Assembly: GCA_016874135.1 (NCBI GenBank)
Contig: VGVE01000006.1
Coordinates: 1,085 to 65,084 of the forward strand
Direction: 5' to 3'
DNA length: 64,000 nucleotides
DNA from: Gammaproteobacteria bacterium
GTDB lineage: Bacteria > Pseudomonadota > Gammaproteobacteria > Pseudomonadales > Azotimanducaceae
Notes under the pieces: generated by a model
Told to the model about the DNA's origin: nothing
The model's database searches: none
The model's input: the letters and a program-made list of their open reading frames with translations, nothing else
Made by a program: the position numbers and the translations under genes
Shown: piece after piece, positions 28,178-36,620 of the stretch
Numbering within the stretch: the first letter of the stretch is position 1
Layout of the letters: every line of letters begins with the position of its first letter

Positions 28178-29457
28178 TGACCCGCTCCATCGATGAACTG
28201 CTGGCGCGTCGCAACAGGTTTCTCGGCAGAGGAGCGCCGCTCTTCTATGCAGAACCCGTGCACCTCGTCCGTGGCGAAGGCGTGTGGTTATACGGCGCAG
28301 ATGGCCGGCGGTACATGGACCTGTACAACAATGTTCCCTGTGTTGGTCATGCCCATCCACGGGTGGTGGAAGCGCTGTCCCGGCAGGCAGCCACGCACAA
28401 CGTCCACAGCCGCTACCTCGACGAAAAGATCATCGACTATGCGGAACGCCTTGCGGGTTTGCATGCGCAGGAGATGAGTGTCGTGTTTGCCTGCTCCGGC
28501 ACCGAGGCGAATGAAATTGCCATGCGCATGGCACGCATCGGATCGGGCGGGCAAGGTTTCATCTGCACCAACGCCGCCTATCATGGCAACAGCGCTGAAG
28601 TCGGCAAACTGACCCATGCCCCTTTGCGTGGTCGTCGGGATGTGCACGCCATTCCGTTTCCGGAGAGATTCCGTGGCCCGGCGAAGGATCTGCCCGAGTC
28701 CGAACAGTGTGCCTTCTTTCTCGCCGAGGTAGACAAGGCCATCGCTGACTTTGCGCAACAGGGCATTCCGCTCGCTGGTATGCTGGTATGTCCGATTCTG
28801 GCGAATGAAGGGTTGCCGCGAATCCCGAAGGGGTTCATGGCGGGCGCCGCGGAGCGGGTGCGCGCGGCGGGCGGGTTGTTCATATGTGATGAGGTGCAGG
28901 CCGGCTTCTGCCGCACCGGGCACTGGTGGGGATATCAGGTCGCTGAGGTGGTTCCGGACATCGTGACGTCTGGCAAACCCATGGGAAACGGCCTGCCGCT
29001 TGCGGCGTGTACCGCGCGGCGCGCCCTCGTCGACAGGTTTCGTGAGCAGACGCGCTATTTCAATACGTTCGCTGCGAGTCCCCTTCAGGCTGCTGCCGGC
29101 ATGGCAGTGCTGGACGTCATCGAAGCGGAAGATGTGCGGGGCAACGTCAATCGGACCGGGGCGTTGCTTCGATCAGGCTGTGAAGCCCTTGCCAATGGTC
29201 ATGCCTGTATCGGTGACGTGCGTGGGGAGGGGCTCTTTGTCGGTCTTGAATGGGTAAAGGACCGTTCGTCGCGGGAAGCGGATCGTGAAGGCGCGGTGCG
29301 TGCAGCCAATCTCCTCAAGTCGCGGGGATTTCTCGTCAGCAACGCGGGTGCGTTAGGCAACGTGCTCAAGATCAGGCCACCACTCGTGTTCAACAGCGAA
29401 CATGCCGGTCTCTTTCTCGAGGCTCTGGATTCCGTTCTTGAGGAGATGGGCCGCTGA
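28177..29457 (+). CDS. Class III aminotransferase-fold enzyme of the AGXT2L-like (O-phospho-amino-alcohol phospho-lyase) subfamily
   Basis: Matches the human ETNPPL/PHYKPL sequences as I recall them. Shared blocks: YMDLYNNVPCVGHAHPRVVEAL, NVHSRYLDEKIIDYAERL, DEVQAGFCRTGHWWGYQ, VPDIVTSGKPMGNGLPLA, YFNTFA, NVLKIRPPL. Its ATG overlaps the TGA of the SDR gene by 1 nt. Confidence 0.75.
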   Translation: MTRSIDELLARRNRFLGRGAPLFYAEPVHLVRGEGVWLYGADGRRYMDLYNNVPCVGHAHPRVVEALSRQAATHNVHSRYLDEKIIDYAERLAGLHAQEMSVVFACSGTEANEIAMRMARIGSGGQGFICTNAAYHGNSAEVGKLTHAPLRGRRDVHAIPFPERFRGPAKDLPESEQCAFFLAEVDKAIADFAQQGIPLAGMLVCPILANEGLPRIPKGFMAGAAERVRAAGGLFICDEVQAGFCRTGHWWGYQVAEVVPDIVTSGKPMGNGLPLAACTARRALVDRFREQTRYFNTFAASPLQAAAGMAVLDVIEAEDVRGNVNRTGALLRSGCEALANGHACIGDVRGEGLFVGLEWVKDRSSREADREGAVRAANLLKSRGFLVSNAGALGNVLKIRPPLVFNSEHAGLFLEALDSVLEEMGR

Positions 29458-29489
29458 GCATCGACCCGCGAGAGGCGCACATCAAACGA

Positions 29490-30485
29490 ATGGAAGGATT
29501 GGCGTGGCGGGCGCTCGAACAGTGGAACCTCACGGTGGACCACATGAGCCCCGCGGGTTCCGGCGAAAACACTGTGTTTCTGCTGCATGGGTCCACCGGA
29601 CCTGCCCACGTTCTGCGCATCCATCGTCCTGGTTACCACACACCGGCGGAGCTGCGCAGTGAAGTGGAGTGGATGACTGCACTCCATGACGCCGGTATCT
29701 CCGTTCCGAGGCCCGTTCGCACATTGCACGGTGCAACGCATGCGGAGGTACTTCTGCCGGGTGCAGACCTGGACGCGCCTGCGACGACGATCCGTTCCCG
29801 CCAGGTCGGCATCATCGAATGGCTGCCGGGAAAGATGCTGGGTGAGGTGATCGAAGACGCTGCCGCGCCGGCCGACATCCTCAATGGCTTCCGCTCGCTC
29901 GGCCAGCTCATCGCCCGGATGCACACCCAGGCAGAAAACTGGCAGCAGCCGGAGACATTCACGCGTCCGGTGCTCGATGCCGAAGCGCTCATGGGCGACT
30001 CGCCTCACTGGGGCTCGTTCTGGACCATGCCCCTGCTCGATCCTGACGAGAAGGCTCTGTTTCTCCGGGCCAAAGCCCGTTTGCGGGAAGAACTGCGTGT
30101 GCTTGATCGTTCGCAGGGCTTCAGCCTGATCCATGCCGATCTGCACGCCTGGAATGTACTCATGGAAGGAGACAGGATCAGTGTCATCGATTTTGACGAT
30201 GCGGCCTTCGGGTGGCATGCCTTCGATCTTGCGGTCGCCCTGTATCCGTTCATCGAGGATCCCAGGCTGACGGATTTCAGAACGGCGATTACAGAGGGTT
30301 ATCGCCTGAGCCACGACTTGCCACCGGAAAGGGAAAAGCAGATCGATCTGTTCCTTGTGGTCCGTTCGCTGATGGTGCTCGGCTGGATGTGGGCGCGGCC
30401 GGATATCCAGCCCGAACAGCGGTTGCCGGCCCGTATCCGGATTGCCGTCAGATGTGTGAATGCATGGCTCAGTGAGACTCGCTGA
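29490..30485 (+). CDS. APH-family phosphotransferase (aminoglycoside / amino-alcohol / hydroxylysine kinase-like)
   Basis: 331 aa. Catalytic loop LIHADLHAWNVL and VIDFDDAAFG (HxDxxxxN ... D), N-terminal VLRIHRPGYH. Confidence 0.8.
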   Translation: MEGLAWRALEQWNLTVDHMSPAGSGENTVFLLHGSTGPAHVLRIHRPGYHTPAELRSEVEWMTALHDAGISVPRPVRTLHGATHAEVLLPGADLDAPATTIRSRQVGIIEWLPGKMLGEVIEDAAAPADILNGFRSLGQLIARMHTQAENWQQPETFTRPVLDAEALMGDSPHWGSFWTMPLLDPDEKALFLRAKARLREELRVLDRSQGFSLIHADLHAWNVLMEGDRISVIDFDDAAFGWHAFDLAVALYPFIEDPRLTDFRTAITEGYRLSHDLPPEREKQIDLFLVVRSLMVLGWMWARPDIQPEQRLPARIRIAVRCVNAWLSETR

Positions 30486-30616
30486 ACCGGCGCTGATCCG
30501 GCGGATGCGCCGGGAGTTCAGCCAAACACGGCCGCTCGATCCCATCGGACAGTGGAGTGCTTCGGCAAAGGCTTGTGAGCCACCCGGCAACCGCCTAAAT
30601 TCACGGCATCGGAGGG

Positions 30617-33055
30617 GTGAGCGTCATCATCATGGCCGGCATGCTGGCACCGTATACAGTTCTGGATTTCACCGATGAGCGTGGCGAGATCGGCCCGATG
30701 CTACTCGGTGATCTCGGCGCTGATGTCATCCGCGTGGAACCGCCGGGTGGCGTGAGCGCCCGACGGGCGCCACCGTTCGCTCCTGGCGGGGGTGCTGATT
30801 CGAATCGCAGCCTTCAGTTTCTGGCGTTCAATCGCAACAAGCGGTCCATCGTGCTCGATCCGTCGAGTGCAACGGATCAGGAAGAGCTGCACCGGCTGAT
30901 CCGCAATGCGGATTTCATTTTCGAATCCGCACGACCGAGTTTTCTTGTGGACTACGGCATCACCTTTGAGGTTGCTCGTTCACTCAACTCTGACATCGTA
31001 TTCACTCGGCTGACGCCCTTTGGTGACACCGGTCCGTGGGCAGGGCTTGTGGCGTCAGATCTGGTGATTGCAGCACTCGGCGGACCGGTTGCCTTGCAGG
31101 GGCAACCGGATCGTGCGCCCGTTCGATTGAGTGTGCCGCAGGTGTGGCGCCACGCGGGTGTTGAAGCGGCGGCAGGCGCGATGGCTGCGCATCGACGGGT
31201 ATTGGCGGGAAATGGCGCGCAGTTTGTCGATCTTTCCGCCCAGGCCGCGATGACCTGGACAATGCTCAATGCGATGGATGCCCACGCCATCCAGGGATTT
31301 GATTTTGAACGGGGCTCGGATATTGCGCGCCACGACCTCCTGCATCCCGTGCAGGACGGCTGGATTGTCGCTCTGCCGCACAGCAAGGTGATGCGGCCGA
31401 TGACGGAGCGGCTCATCGAAGAGGGTGTCGCCGAACCGTGGCTGCGGGAGGTTGACTGGTTGCACTACGACCAGAACCTCGCCGACCCGGAGCAGAAGCC
31501 TCTCAACATGGCTGCCAGCGTGCAGATGCTGCGCACGCTGTTCATGCGTTATCCGCGCAAGCACTGGTTTGAATATGGCCTAAAGCACCGCATCACGTTT
31601 GCGCCAGTCAATTCCCTACAGGAACTGCTGGCCTTTGATCATCTGCAGTTCCGTGAGTACTGGCGGCGACAGCCGGTCGGCAACAAGGCTTCGGTGCGGT
31701 TCCCGGGGCTTTGGCTGAAAACACCCCAGACGCCGCTTGTTGTAAATCGTGAAGCGCCCGTTCTCGATCAGGATGGCGAGCAGATTCGTACGCAGGCCGC
31801 AAAAACCCGGGCACGCGAATCGAAACCGTCAGGTGGTGACACCGTGCCTCTGCCATTCGAAGGTATTCGGGTTGCTGACTTTGCCTGGGTGGGTGTGGGG
31901 CCGATCTCGTCGAAATACCTCGCGGACCATGGTGCAACGGTGGTGCGGGTGGAGTCGGAGAACCGTCCTGATGTGCTGCGAGCCAACGGTCCGTTCAAGG
32001 ATGCACAGCCGGGCTGGAATCGTTCGCAGTTCTTCGGTGACTTCAACACGTCGAAACTGAGTCTCGCCCTCGATCTCAAGTCAGAACGGGCGATCAACAT
32101 CGCGAAACGGCTCATCGCCGGCTCCGATGTGTTCATCGAGAGTTTTGCGCCCGGTGCGATTGCCCGTATGGGGCTGGGTTATGACGAAGTCTCGAGGCTC
32201 AATCCCGGCATCATCATGGTGAGCACCTGCCTCATGGGGCAGACAGGTCCTGCCGCACCGATGGCGGGTTATGGTTATCACGCCGCGGCAATTGCGGGAT
32301 TCTATGAGGTCACCGGCTGGCCGGACCGGCACCCAACCGGCCCATGGGTCGCTTATACCGATGTGATTGCGCCACGTTTCGTTTCGATTCTCCTCGCCGC
32401 GGCGCTCGACCATCGTCGTCGTACCGGCAAGGGTTGTTATCTCGATGTGGCGCAGATCGAGACGGCGCTGCATTTTCTCGGGCCGGAATTGCTCGACTTT
32501 GAAGTGAATGGATTTGCTGCACGGCGTAATGGCAACCGTGCGCGATTCACCGCGCCGGAAGGGGTGTATCCCTGCGTAGTCAAAGACACGTGGTGTGCGA
32601 TTGCGGTACAGGATGAAACGCAGTGGCAGAACCTCTGCCGCACCATCGAGCGTGAAGACTGGTTGGACGACACCTCGCTCGCGAACGTCAGTGGTCGACA
32701 TGCGGCGCATGACCGGATCGATGCCGGTATCGCAGAGTGGACGAAACAGCGCACGTCGCGCGAAGTGATGGATGTACTCCAGGCTGCTGGTGTTTCCGCC
32801 GGTGTGGTACAGCGCAGCAGCGAGCTGCTTCAGGATCCACAACATGCCCACCGCGGTTTCTATCGCTGGTTCGATCATCCGGAGATGGGGCACATTCCTT
32901 ATGCCGGACACCAGTATCGGATAGCCGGTTATGACAACGGTCCACGGGCGCCGGCGCCATGTCTCGGGGAACACAGTTATGAAGTGCTGACGGAGATCAT
33001 CGGGCTCGACGGTGATGAAGTGAGTGCAGCCTACGAAGAAGGGCTGATCGTCTGA
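30617..33055 (+). CDS. Family III (CaiB/BaiF) CoA-transferase, tandem two-module fusion (second copy in the window)
   Basis: 812 aa. Module 1: YTVLDFTDERGEIGPMLLGDLGADVIRVEPPGG. Module 2 from residue ~415: FEGIRVADFAWVGVGPISSKYLADHGATVVRVE, with AYTDVIAPRFVSILLAAALDHRRRTGKG. Confidence 0.85.
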   Translation: MSVIIMAGMLAPYTVLDFTDERGEIGPMLLGDLGADVIRVEPPGGVSARRAPPFAPGGGADSNRSLQFLAFNRNKRSIVLDPSSATDQEELHRLIRNADFIFESARPSFLVDYGITFEVARSLNSDIVFTRLTPFGDTGPWAGLVASDLVIAALGGPVALQGQPDRAPVRLSVPQVWRHAGVEAAAGAMAAHRRVLAGNGAQFVDLSAQAAMTWTMLNAMDAHAIQGFDFERGSDIARHDLLHPVQDGWIVALPHSKVMRPMTERLIEEGVAEPWLREVDWLHYDQNLADPEQKPLNMAASVQMLRTLFMRYPRKHWFEYGLKHRITFAPVNSLQELLAFDHLQFREYWRRQPVGNKASVRFPGLWLKTPQTPLVVNREAPVLDQDGEQIRTQAAKTRARESKPSGGDTVPLPFEGIRVADFAWVGVGPISSKYLADHGATVVRVESENRPDVLRANGPFKDAQPGWNRSQFFGDFNTSKLSLALDLKSERAINIAKRLIAGSDVFIESFAPGAIARMGLGYDEVSRLNPGIIMVSTCLMGQTGPAAPMAGYGYHAAAIAGFYEVTGWPDRHPTGPWVAYTDVIAPRFVSILLAAALDHRRRTGKGCYLDVAQIETALHFLGPELLDFEVNGFAARRNGNRARFTAPEGVYPCVVKDTWCAIAVQDETQWQNLCRTIEREDWLDDTSLANVSGRHAAHDRIDAGIAEWTKQRTSREVMDVLQAAGVSAGVVQRSSELLQDPQHAHRGFYRWFDHPEMGHIPYAGHQYRIAGYDNGPRAPAPCLGEHSYEVLTEIIGLDGDEVSAAYEEGLIV

Positions 33056-33124
33056 TGCGGTTCGTACCACCAGGCAGCCGGTTCCCGAGATTCCGATGAA
33101 TGCAAGAAACGTGGGAGCGAACAA

Positions 33125-33589
33125 TTGAAAAAACCAATCCGCAATCGTGTGCTGATTCTGGTGGCGGTTATCCTGGCGGCTGCCGGTGTCTACTACGCCA
33201 GCATGATGATGCCCGGAGGCGCACTCGCTGGAACTGTCACTCCCGTACCAGACGATTGGTCTCGGGTGACGGTGCCCGATATCGTTCAGCTGGAAACCAA
33301 TCCCGCCGAGCCCTATTCCGTGAAGATCTGGAGTATCCCCGTTGGCGACCGCGTCTACATCCATGCGGGGGCCAACTACGCCCGCTGGGTCCAGCACATC
33401 GAAACGGACCCGTCCGTGCGGCTGCTGGTTGAGGATCGCCTGTATGAACTGCAAGCGGAGCGCGTGACTTCGGCAGATGAGTTTGCGGCTTTCATGGTGG
33501 CGTACAAGGAACGTTATGACACTGAGCCGAGGAACAAGAACATCAGTGAGGCGTATCTCTTTCGTCTGTCCGCGAGGCCGGCTTCATAG
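33125..33589 (+). CDS. Membrane-anchored split-beta-barrel protein, Ddn/DUF385-like (candidate deazaflavin-dependent oxidoreductase)
   Basis: TTG start 7 nt after GGGAG. TM anchor VLILVAVILAAAGVYYA. The core SVKIWSIPVGDRVYIHAGANYARWVQHIETDPSVRLLVEDRLYELQAERVTSADEFAAFMVAYKERY aligns by eye with M. tuberculosis Ddn (...[62 protein letters not shown]). Confidence 0.4.
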   Translation: MKKPIRNRVLILVAVILAAAGVYYASMMMPGGALAGTVTPVPDDWSRVTVPDIVQLETNPAEPYSVKIWSIPVGDRVYIHAGANYARWVQHIETDPSVRLLVEDRLYELQAERVTSADEFAAFMVAYKERYDTEPRNKNISEAYLFRLSARPAS

Positions 33590-33640
33590 TCTTGCCACGA
33601 ACAGTTTTCAGCGCGACGCGCTCCCAACGTGTGGCTTCAT

Positions 33641-35623
33641 TCAATTCGACCCCTTCAGATATTCGCGAACGGCATCCGCAACCCGTGATGCCAGCGCCAT
33701 CACGGTGAGCGCGGGATTCAGCCCGCCATTGGTCACGTGAAGTGACGCATCGGCAACAAAGAGATTGTTGAGTTCGTGCACGCGACCAGACGGATCCGTC
33801 ACGCCATCCGCAACATCGGCTGCCATCCTGCAGGTACCGGCTTGGTGTTGCCCTGCGGAAACATACCCTGTGGTTTCCGCGCCGAAGGTCTCGATGTCCT
33901 CTGCCCCGGCTGCTGCGAGCCACTCTTTCGCCCGCTCTCGCAGAAATCTGCCGGTGCGGATGGTTTCCGGATGTACGCTGCCTGAAAGACGAACAACCGG
34001 TATGCCGAGCGAATCGGTGACCGCCGGATCAAGTGTCACACGTGCCTCGGGATTGGGGATCTCCTGCACCGGTCCCATCACAGTGATGGTACGGCGATAG
34101 GCCTTGGCCATCCATTCCTTGTGCGCAGGACCCCAGGGGGCGGGCGCACGATGACGATGGCTGTACCAGAACTGGATCGGCAGCATAGGGTAGTCGTTGG
34201 CAAGCATGCCACCGCCTATGATGCCGGGATTGCCGTGGTTGAACTCACAGGTTGCGGTATTCGGCCCCGGCCCCGGTCCATTCGCGATGGGTTCTACGAA
34301 CACGCCCCGAGCGCCGACATAGGCGTGTGACTGCAGGTGCCTGCCGAGATGGTCGCTGTGATTCCCATAGCCGCTCAGCCAGAGCAGACGGGCGGATTCG
34401 ATCGCACCTGCAGACACGATCACTGCGTCGGCGCCGATGTCCCGCGTGCGACCGTCGTTGGCGATCACACGAACACCGCGCACCTGCGATGCCTGACCAG
34501 AAAGCACCTGGATGACACGAAGCCCTGTCGCCAGCGTGAACCTTCCCGTCGCCATGGCCTTGGGCAACATCGTGTTCTGGCTGCCGGCGCGTGCGTTCGC
34601 CGGACAGGCGAAACCCACACAGAGGTTGTTGTTGGAGCAAGGACCACGCCCGTCGTAATCGCGGGAATTGATGGCGAGAAGAACGGCCCGTGCGGTCCAA
34701 CCCAGCTGATTGGCAGCGGCAAACAGTACTTTGCCCTGTGCATCCCGTTCGTGCGGCGGCATCGGATAGCCGCGTGTCCGCACGCCTGCATGACGATGAC
34801 CCGGTTCGCCGGCGACGCCCAATGCGTACTCCGCCCAATCATAATGTGGCGCGAGATCGTTATAGGTCAGCGGCCAGTCAGCCAGGCTCGAACCGTGCGG
34901 GCGACCGTACCGGCTCGCCATAATGAAGTCGTTGGGCTTGAATCGCCATGCTTGTGCACCCCAGATACGGGTGCCGCCACCGACGCCCATCGCGTTGTTA
35001 CCCCAGGCGGGATGGTGTGGTTGCAGGGTTCGAGGTTGGTGGTTATCGACGGCGATGACCCGCGGGTTACCGTGCAAGTTCGGCCCCACGTTGTGACCGT
35101 AGCGTGGAAAGCGGTGATTGCGCAGGTGATCCATCGGTACGTCCGCACGTTGCAGGTATTCACCACGTTCGATGCAGAGCACATCGATGCCCGCTTCGGT
35201 GAGCTTGCGCGCGACTACACCACCGCCAGCGCCCGAACCGATCACGATGGCACGGTAGTGAGGCGCGAGAGCCTGAATTTCAGGCCTTTGGTAGTGGGGT
35301 AACTCGTGGGGAATCTCTATCCTGGACCGGTAATTGAAGTCGATCATGCGAAAACCCGCTTCCGCGTAGTTGCCGCCGTTTTCCGGATTGCTGAAGTAAC
35401 TCTCGGCAACTGCGCGGACGAACCAGTCGTGCTGGATGAGTGGTGCGCCGGCAAGCAATTCTGACAAATCGGATTCGTGATTGCCGACGACGTCTGCCCA
35501 GTTGCGGCTCAGGAAATCGCGAAAGCCCGTCTCACTTGCGGAGTAGAACCTGTCGGTCGGAATGACTTCGTCAGCACGAGCCTCCAGCAGTTGCCACTGG
35601 CGTTCATCGAGTTCGATAGCCAA
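33641..35623 (-). CDS. GMC-family FAD oxidoreductase fused to an N-terminal gluconate-2-dehydrogenase-subunit-3-like domain
   Basis: 660 aa. The first ~115 residues (LDERQWQLLEARADEVIPTD...YFSNPENGGNYAEAGFRMIDF) resemble the small subunit-3 family protein. Then YRAIVIGSGAGGGVVARKLTEAGIDVLCIERG (FAD) and the C-terminal GTCRMA...NLFVADAS. Confidence 0.75.
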   Translation of the reverse strand: MAIELDERQWQLLEARADEVIPTDRFYSASETGFRDFLSRNWADVVGNHESDLSELLAGAPLIQHDWFVRAVAESYFSNPENGGNYAEAGFRMIDFNYRSRIEIPHELPHYQRPEIQALAPHYRAIVIGSGAGGGVVARKLTEAGIDVLCIERGEYLQRADVPMDHLRNHRFPRYGHNVGPNLHGNPRVIAVDNHQPRTLQPHHPAWGNNAMGVGGGTRIWGAQAWRFKPNDFIMASRYGRPHGSSLADWPLTYNDLAPHYDWAEYALGVAGEPGHRHAGVRTRGYPMPPHERDAQGKVLFAAANQLGWTARAVLLAINSRDYDGRGPCSNNNLCVGFACPANARAGSQNTMLPKAMATGRFTLATGLRVIQVLSGQASQVRGVRVIANDGRTRDIGADAVIVSAGAIESARLLWLSGYGNHSDHLGRHLQSHAYVGARGVFVEPIANGPGPGPNTATCEFNHGNPGIIGGGMLANDYPMLPIQFWYSHRHRAPAPWGPAHKEWMAKAYRRTITVMGPVQEIPNPEARVTLDPAVTDSLGIPVVRLSGSVHPETIRTGRFLRERAKEWLAAAGAEDIETFGAETTGYVSAGQHQAGTCRMAADVADGVTDPSGRVHELNNLFVADASLHVTNGGLNPALTVMALASRVADAVREYLKGSN

Positions 35624-35632
35624 AAGTGCGTC

Positions 35633-36085
35633 TCACGCCCAGCCCGTTTTGTAGTCAGCACTGAAACCAGGGCCGCGCACACGCAGGTGCTGGATTTTCC
35701 AGACGCCCGCTTCCTTGCGGTATTCCTCCTGGTAGCGCGCCGCCTGCCACTTGGCCTGGTTGCCTTCGCGGAACGTGAAGGGCCCGAGGAAGTACCAGGT
35801 GCCTTTGGCAGTATCGCCGTTGACCTCGATGCGTGGATTCATGGTCATGTGCTGCGAAAACGACATCATCTTCTGGAAGGAAGAAAACAGCGCGTGCAGC
35901 TGCTGGTGTCCTTCCGCGCGGCCGATGCCGCGACCTTCCCAGATGCAATCCCTGGTGAAGATCGTCACGATCCGGTCCGGATTATGGTCGTCATCGCAGA
36001 TCTCGCAGTACATTGCCTTCAGCTGCTTGATCGCTTCGATGTCTTCCATTCGCGTCAGGCGGGCGAGGATATCGGCATCAGGCAT
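35633..36085 (-). CDS. SnoaL/NTF2-like fold protein
   Basis: Start set at the ATG at 36083-36085 (MPDADILARLTRMEDIEAIKQLKAMYCEICDD...). This is a typical SnoaL_4/NTF2-like opening, ending WKIQHLRV. Confidence 0.65.
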   Translation of the reverse strand: MPDADILARLTRMEDIEAIKQLKAMYCEICDDDHNPDRIVTIFTRDCIWEGRGIGRAEGHQQLHALFSSFQKMMSFSQHMTMNPRIEVNGDTAKGTWYFLGPFTFREGNQAKWQAARYQEEYRKEAGVWKIQHLRVRGPGFSADYKTGWA

Positions 36086-36144
36086 GGAGGCGGTTCCTGG
36101 CGTGGTGTGGCCCCGATCATCCGTCGGCACCAGCTGTCGCGCAA

Positions 36145-36172
36145 CCGTAGTCACGCGACCGTAGTCACGCGA
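36145..36172. repeat. Perfect tandem duplication of a 14-bp unit in a promoter-proximal spacer
   Basis: ccgtagtcacgcga occurs twice (36145-36158 and 36159-36172). It is bracketed by the 8-bp inverted repeat ctgtcgcg / cgcgacag and lies about 60-90 nt upstream of the SnoaL-GMC gene pair. Confidence 0.8.
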
Positions 36173-36202
36173 CAGCAGACCCACCCGAAAGTCACTGCTT
36201 CT

Positions 36203-36616
36203 TCAAGAAAGCGGTTTCAGGAGTATGTGTCGTGTGAAAGGACCGATAGCGCGGTCGATCACCGCCAATGGCTGGTAGCCTAGCGATCGATAGAGTTTTG
36301 CATTGCGGTCATTCAGGGTTTCGATCTGGGCGTCGACGGCGCCGCGTTGCAGTGCGGCGGCTTCGATGCGTGTGAGGGCTTCAGTCCCCAGACCCTGGCC
36401 GCGCAGATCGTCCCGCACCCAGAGATAGTTGATGAAGAGGCGCCGGAACTCGGTGCGTCCGATTGCGCCGGCAATCACTTCACTGCCATCGCGCAGAAAG
36501 GAGGCGATGGGGCGGGCTTCGCTACCGACTGCTTCCGCCCGTCCAAAGCGGAATACGCCCTCGCTGATGACGCGGGCGTCGTCGTCGGCGAAATCCTCTT
36601 CGACAGACCAGTTCAC
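36203..36616 (-). CDS. GNAT-family N-acetyltransferase
   Basis: 137 aa. ...LWVRDDLRGQGLGTEALTRIEAAALQRG... is the acetyl-CoA binding motif (R/Q-x-x-G-x-G/A). Confidence 0.7.
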   Translation of the reverse strand: MNWSVEEDFADDDARVISEGVFRFGRAEAVGSEARPIASFLRDGSEVIAGAIGRTEFRRLFINYLWVRDDLRGQGLGTEALTRIEAAALQRGAVDAQIETLNDRNAKLYRSLGYQPLAVIDRAIGPFTRHILLKPLS

Positions 36617-36620
36617 GCGA

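Noticed and set aside
29199-30590. 463-aa ORF on the minus strand
   Set aside because: It is antisense to the well-supported phospho-lyase and APH-kinase genes. The translation is Arg/Pro/Gly-rich with no recognisable motifs. This is the typical shadow ORF of GC-rich DNA.
32081-33454. 457-aa ORF on the minus strand
   Set aside because: It is antisense to the 812-aa CoA-transferase and the Ddn-like gene. It has low-complexity Arg/His/Gly-rich composition and no family signature.
34337-35302. 321-aa plus-strand ORF
   Set aside because: It is antisense to the GMC oxidoreductase and has no motifs. It is a GC-rich shadow ORF.
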